This document shows positions 29,586 through 32,000 of a stretch of DNA of 32,000 bases, piece after piece. The notes beneath the pieces are model-generated. The model was not told where the DNA came from. It searched no databases and saw only the letters and a list, made by a program, of their open reading frames with translations. Each line of letters starts with the position of its first letter. Positions within the stretch are counted from its first letter, which is position 1. The translations under genes were made by a program, and so were the position numbers. This stretch comes from Allobaculum fili (GTDB lineage Bacteria > Bacillota_I > Bacilli_A > Erysipelotrichales > Erysipelotrichaceae): assembly GCF_020969955.1 (NCBI RefSeq), contig NZ_JAHDSX010000003.1:1-32000 (forward strand). The letters are read 5' to 3'.

Positions 29586-30854
29586 CTAGAAGAAAATATC
29601 CAGACACTTCTCGACGGTGGCATCCTTGATGGCATCCACGAGACGGTCGACATCCTCAAGATCGTTATAGAAATAAAGACTGGCACGGACGGTGCCCGGT
29701 TCCTTAATAATATCGCCCATCAGCTTGGCGCAGTGCTGGCCGGAGCGGACGGCGATGCCTGCGGACGAAAGATAGCTGGCCATATCCTGCGGGAAGATCA
29801 GCTGACCCTTGTCGTAGACGTTAAAGGTGATAATGCCGCTTGGAGAATCGGCATTGTAAAGCTTGATTTTGTCCTTAAGCTCTTTGGTGGCACGTTCGAC
29901 AAAATGCTTCTTGAGTTCGAGTTCATACGCATGAATATCCTCAAGCCCGATTTTTTTCAAATAGCGCGCTGCCGTGGCCATACCCATGACGCCTTCAATC
30001 GGCTGGGTGCCGGATTCGTATTTCAAAGGCGTCTTGCGCAGTACGAGCGTATCGCAACCTTTGTAAAAGCGGGCGTTGCTTTCTCCGCCGTAGAACACCG
30101 GAGTGAGCTTGTCGAGCAGTTCAAAGCGGCCGTACAGTACGCCGACACCGGTCGGACCGCACATCTTGTGGCCGGAGAAGCAGAAGAAGTCGCAGTTCAT
30201 TTTCTGCACATCGATGGGCAGATGGGCAACGGACTGTGCGCCGTCCACCACAAAGAGAATGCCCTTGTCGTGGCAGATTTTTCCCATATCTTCTACCGGC
30301 GCAGCATAGCCGAGCACGTTGGAAACCTGGGCGATGACAACGACTTTTACATTTGGATTTTCATCGAGCGCCTTCTGGAAGTTTTCGATGGTCACACGGC
30401 CGTCTTCAGTCAGTTCCATGAACTTGGTCTCGACGCCTTTTTCACAGCCGGCCTGCTCCCACGGCAGAATCGAGGAAGCGTGTTCGGTTTCGGATGTCAG
30501 GATAACATCGCCTTCCTTGAGCATTTCGCGAACGACCATTAACGCGACCATATTCAGCGATTCGGTCGTTCCGGACGTGAAGACAATTTCTTCCTTACGG
30601 GCGGCATGAATGTATTCCATCATAGTCTTTCGTGCGCCTTCAAAGGCATGATCGACCTGGGCGGACATTTCGTAGTCGCCGCGGTGGGCGTTGGCACCAA
30701 GGTATGTGTAATAGCGAACGACTTCATCAATGACGCACTGCGGCTTGAGGGTCGTTGCGCTGCTGTCGAGATAATCCACGGGATGACCGTTCATCGTCCG
30801 CTTCAGGATCGGGAACTCGGCACGGATTTGTTCAATATTTTCTTTAATATTCAT
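29586..30854 (-). CDS. sufS: Cysteine desulfurase SufS
   Basis: 422 aa from MNIKENIEQIRAEFP. PLP motif FSGHKMCGPTGVG and active-site RSGQHCA. 11-nt overlap with the sufD stop. Confidence 0.9.
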   Translation of the reverse strand: MNIKENIEQIRAEFPILKRTMNGHPVDYLDSSATTLKPQCVIDEVVRYYTYLGANAHRGDYEMSAQVDHAFEGARKTMMEYIHAARKEEIVFTSGTTESLNMVALMVVREMLKEGDVILTSETEHASSILPWEQAGCEKGVETKFMELTEDGRVTIENFQKALDENPNVKVVVIAQVSNVLGYAAPVEDMGKICHDKGILFVVDGAQSVAHLPIDVQKMNCDFFCFSGHKMCGPTGVGVLYGRFELLDKLTPVFYGGESNARFYKGCDTLVLRKTPLKYESGTQPIEGVMGMATAARYLKKIGLEDIHAYELELKKHFVERATKELKDKIKLYNADSPSGIITFNVYDKGQLIFPQDMASYLSSAGIAVRSGQHCAKLMGDIIKEPGTVRASLYFYNDLEDVDRLVDAIKDATVEKCLDIFF

Positions 30855-31632
30855 ATAGACCAACTCTCTGTTCCATCTGAACTTCAATTTCACTGCGCAC
30901 GTCATCGTCTGCAATCAGAGAGATGACCGGCTTGAAATAGCCGATGGAAAGCAGACCGACTGCCTGTCTTGTTGACAGACCGCGGGACTGCAGATAGTAC
31001 AGCTGTTCGGCATCCGGCTGACCGATGGTCAGCGCATGGGATGCTTTTACATCGTTTTCATCAATATAAAGAATCGGTATTGCTACAGCTTTGTGGTCCT
31101 TGCCCATCGTCAGAACGCGGGTTTCCTGATGGGATTCGCTGGCATAAGCGCCTTTGACAATCCGTCCGGCTGCGGCCATTTCGTAATTGCCACCGTCAAA
31201 GCAGACCGCAAAGTTGTGCATGTTGCCAAAAGTATGCGGCACGAGGTTGTTCAGATTCAGAACGCCTTTCTTGAACTTGTCGCGCAGGCAGAGCTGAGCA
31301 GTATAGAAATCCAGATCGGCTCCCTGTTCGATCAGATCCCCGTCAAAATGAATTTCGCAGGGTTCGTCCTGCAGATCGAGCAGACCGATTTTTACGTTCG
31401 AATCGGCTTTGGAGCGCGCCGTGATATCGAGTCGAAGGGCATGCTCCGTTACGTTCTGAATAAAAACGCGGACCTGGCTTGAAGGTTCGGCTTCAAAATC
31501 CAGAGAAAGGGTATCTTCTTTCGCATCGACGAAAAGAAGGATACTGCCCTGTGAATGCGCATCAAAAACAAGACGGACATCCTCATGCAAATCGATCCGG
31601 TCTTCAAACCGGTTTCTGTATGTCCTCTCCAT
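30844..31632 (-). CDS. sufD: SufD-like Fe-S assembly protein (short form)
   Basis: 262 aa with a SufB/D beta-helix C-terminal region (HALTIGQPDAEQLYYLQSRGLSTRQA). Confidence 0.75.
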   Translation of the reverse strand: MERTYRNRFEDRIDLHEDVRLVFDAHSQGSILLFVDAKEDTLSLDFEAEPSSQVRVFIQNVTEHALRLDITARSKADSNVKIGLLDLQDEPCEIHFDGDLIEQGADLDFYTAQLCLRDKFKKGVLNLNNLVPHTFGNMHNFAVCFDGGNYEMAAAGRIVKGAYASESHQETRVLTMGKDHKAVAIPILYIDENDVKASHALTIGQPDAEQLYYLQSRGLSTRQAVGLLSIGYFKPVISLIADDDVRSEIEVQMEQRVGLYEY

Positions 31633-31636
31633 GGGC

Positions 31637-32000
31637 CTACTCCGTTTTCTTGGCGCCGCAGTTTTCGAGCAGGACGGGGTTTGGCTTTTCTTCCTTGCGG
31701 GCGTGAACGTGGTACTCTTTTTCGATCCAGTCGTAGCCCTCGCTGTCGACTTTATGAATCAGTTCCGGTCCGCCGGATACGACAATGCGGCCGTCGACCA
31801 GAATGTGAGCGTGCGTCGGCTTCAGATAGTCCAGGAAGCGGGCATAGTGGGAAACTACGATAACGCCCATGTGATCTTCTTCTTTCGCCTTCAAAACGGC
31901 TTCCGAAACAATGCGCAGAGCGTCGACGTCCAGACCGGAGTCAATTTCATCGAGCATCGTCATCGTCGGTTTCAGCAAAAGCATCTGCACAATTTCATTG
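31637..32000 (-). CDS. sufC: Fe-S assembly ATPase SufC, C-terminal part (5' end lies outside the window)
   Basis: ABC Walker B/D-loop LLKPTMTMLDEIDSGLD, H-loop VVSHY and a SufC-like C-terminus. The ORF is open to the window edge. Confidence 0.85.
   Translation of the reverse strand, partial: NEIVQMLLLKPTMTMLDEIDSGLDVDALRIVSEAVLKAKEEDHMGVIVVSHYARFLDYLKPTHAHILVDGRIVVSGGPELIHKVDSEGYDWIEKEYHVHARKEEKPNPVLLENCGAKKTE

Noticed and set aside
1-32000. CRISPR arrays, IS elements/transposases, integrases, prophage genes, toxin-antitoxin pairs and known defence systems.
   Set aside because: I found no regularly spaced repeats, terminal inverted repeats or recognisable catalytic motifs of these families on either strand.

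Overview
The window looks like a chromosomal segment of a Gram-positive Firmicute. Evidence for that: strong GGAGG-type ribosome-binding sites (SDs), lipobox lipoproteins, and a sufCDSUB gene order that includes SufU. GC content looks roughly half by eye; it was not computed.

Layout, left to right:
1. 429-3946 (-): a tightly overlapping thrC-thrB-UPF0735(ACT)-lit-like operon. It is divergent from hom, aspartate kinase and asd at 4045-7523 (+).
2. 7739-9502 (-): a secreted multidomain CHAP-like wall hydrolase, preceded by a highly structured leader.
3. 10086-12132 (-): a CBM9-like lipoprotein, then a DUF4430 lipoprotein plus an ECF-S-component-like membrane protein (candidate cobalamin uptake pair).
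4. 12250-17294 (+): a methionine/folate operon made of a stand-alone MetH activation-domain protein, core MetH, and a YitJ-type Hcy-methyltransferase/MTHFR fusion.
5. 17.3-26.4 kb: an accessory-looking stretch. It holds a lipoprotein / ECF sigma / anti-sigma module, a solitary tRNA-Leu(GAG), a signal-less 480-aa leucine-rich-repeat protein, a secreted GH5-CBM2 glycanase, a cold-shock protein and an orphan 355-aa protein.
6. 26477-32000 (-): the suf operon (sufC partial, sufD, sufS, sufU, sufB), with a 5-formyl-THF cyclo-ligase and an SGNH hydrolase appended.

I found no CRISPR array, transposase, integrase or recognisable defence system.

The best candidates for something undescribed:
- The terminator plus SD-sequestering leader upstream of the CHAP hydrolase.
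- The lipoprotein / ECF sigma / anti-sigma module, whose sensor domain I cannot assign.
- The cytoplasmic LRR protein.
- The DUF4430 + S-component pair sitting back-to-back with the B12-dependent MetH operon across a perfect 9-3-9 palindrome.
- A roughly 390-bp wall-binding repeat module shared at nucleotide level by two different secreted enzymes 16 kb apart.

All family assignments come from reading motifs in the translations. No database search was possible.
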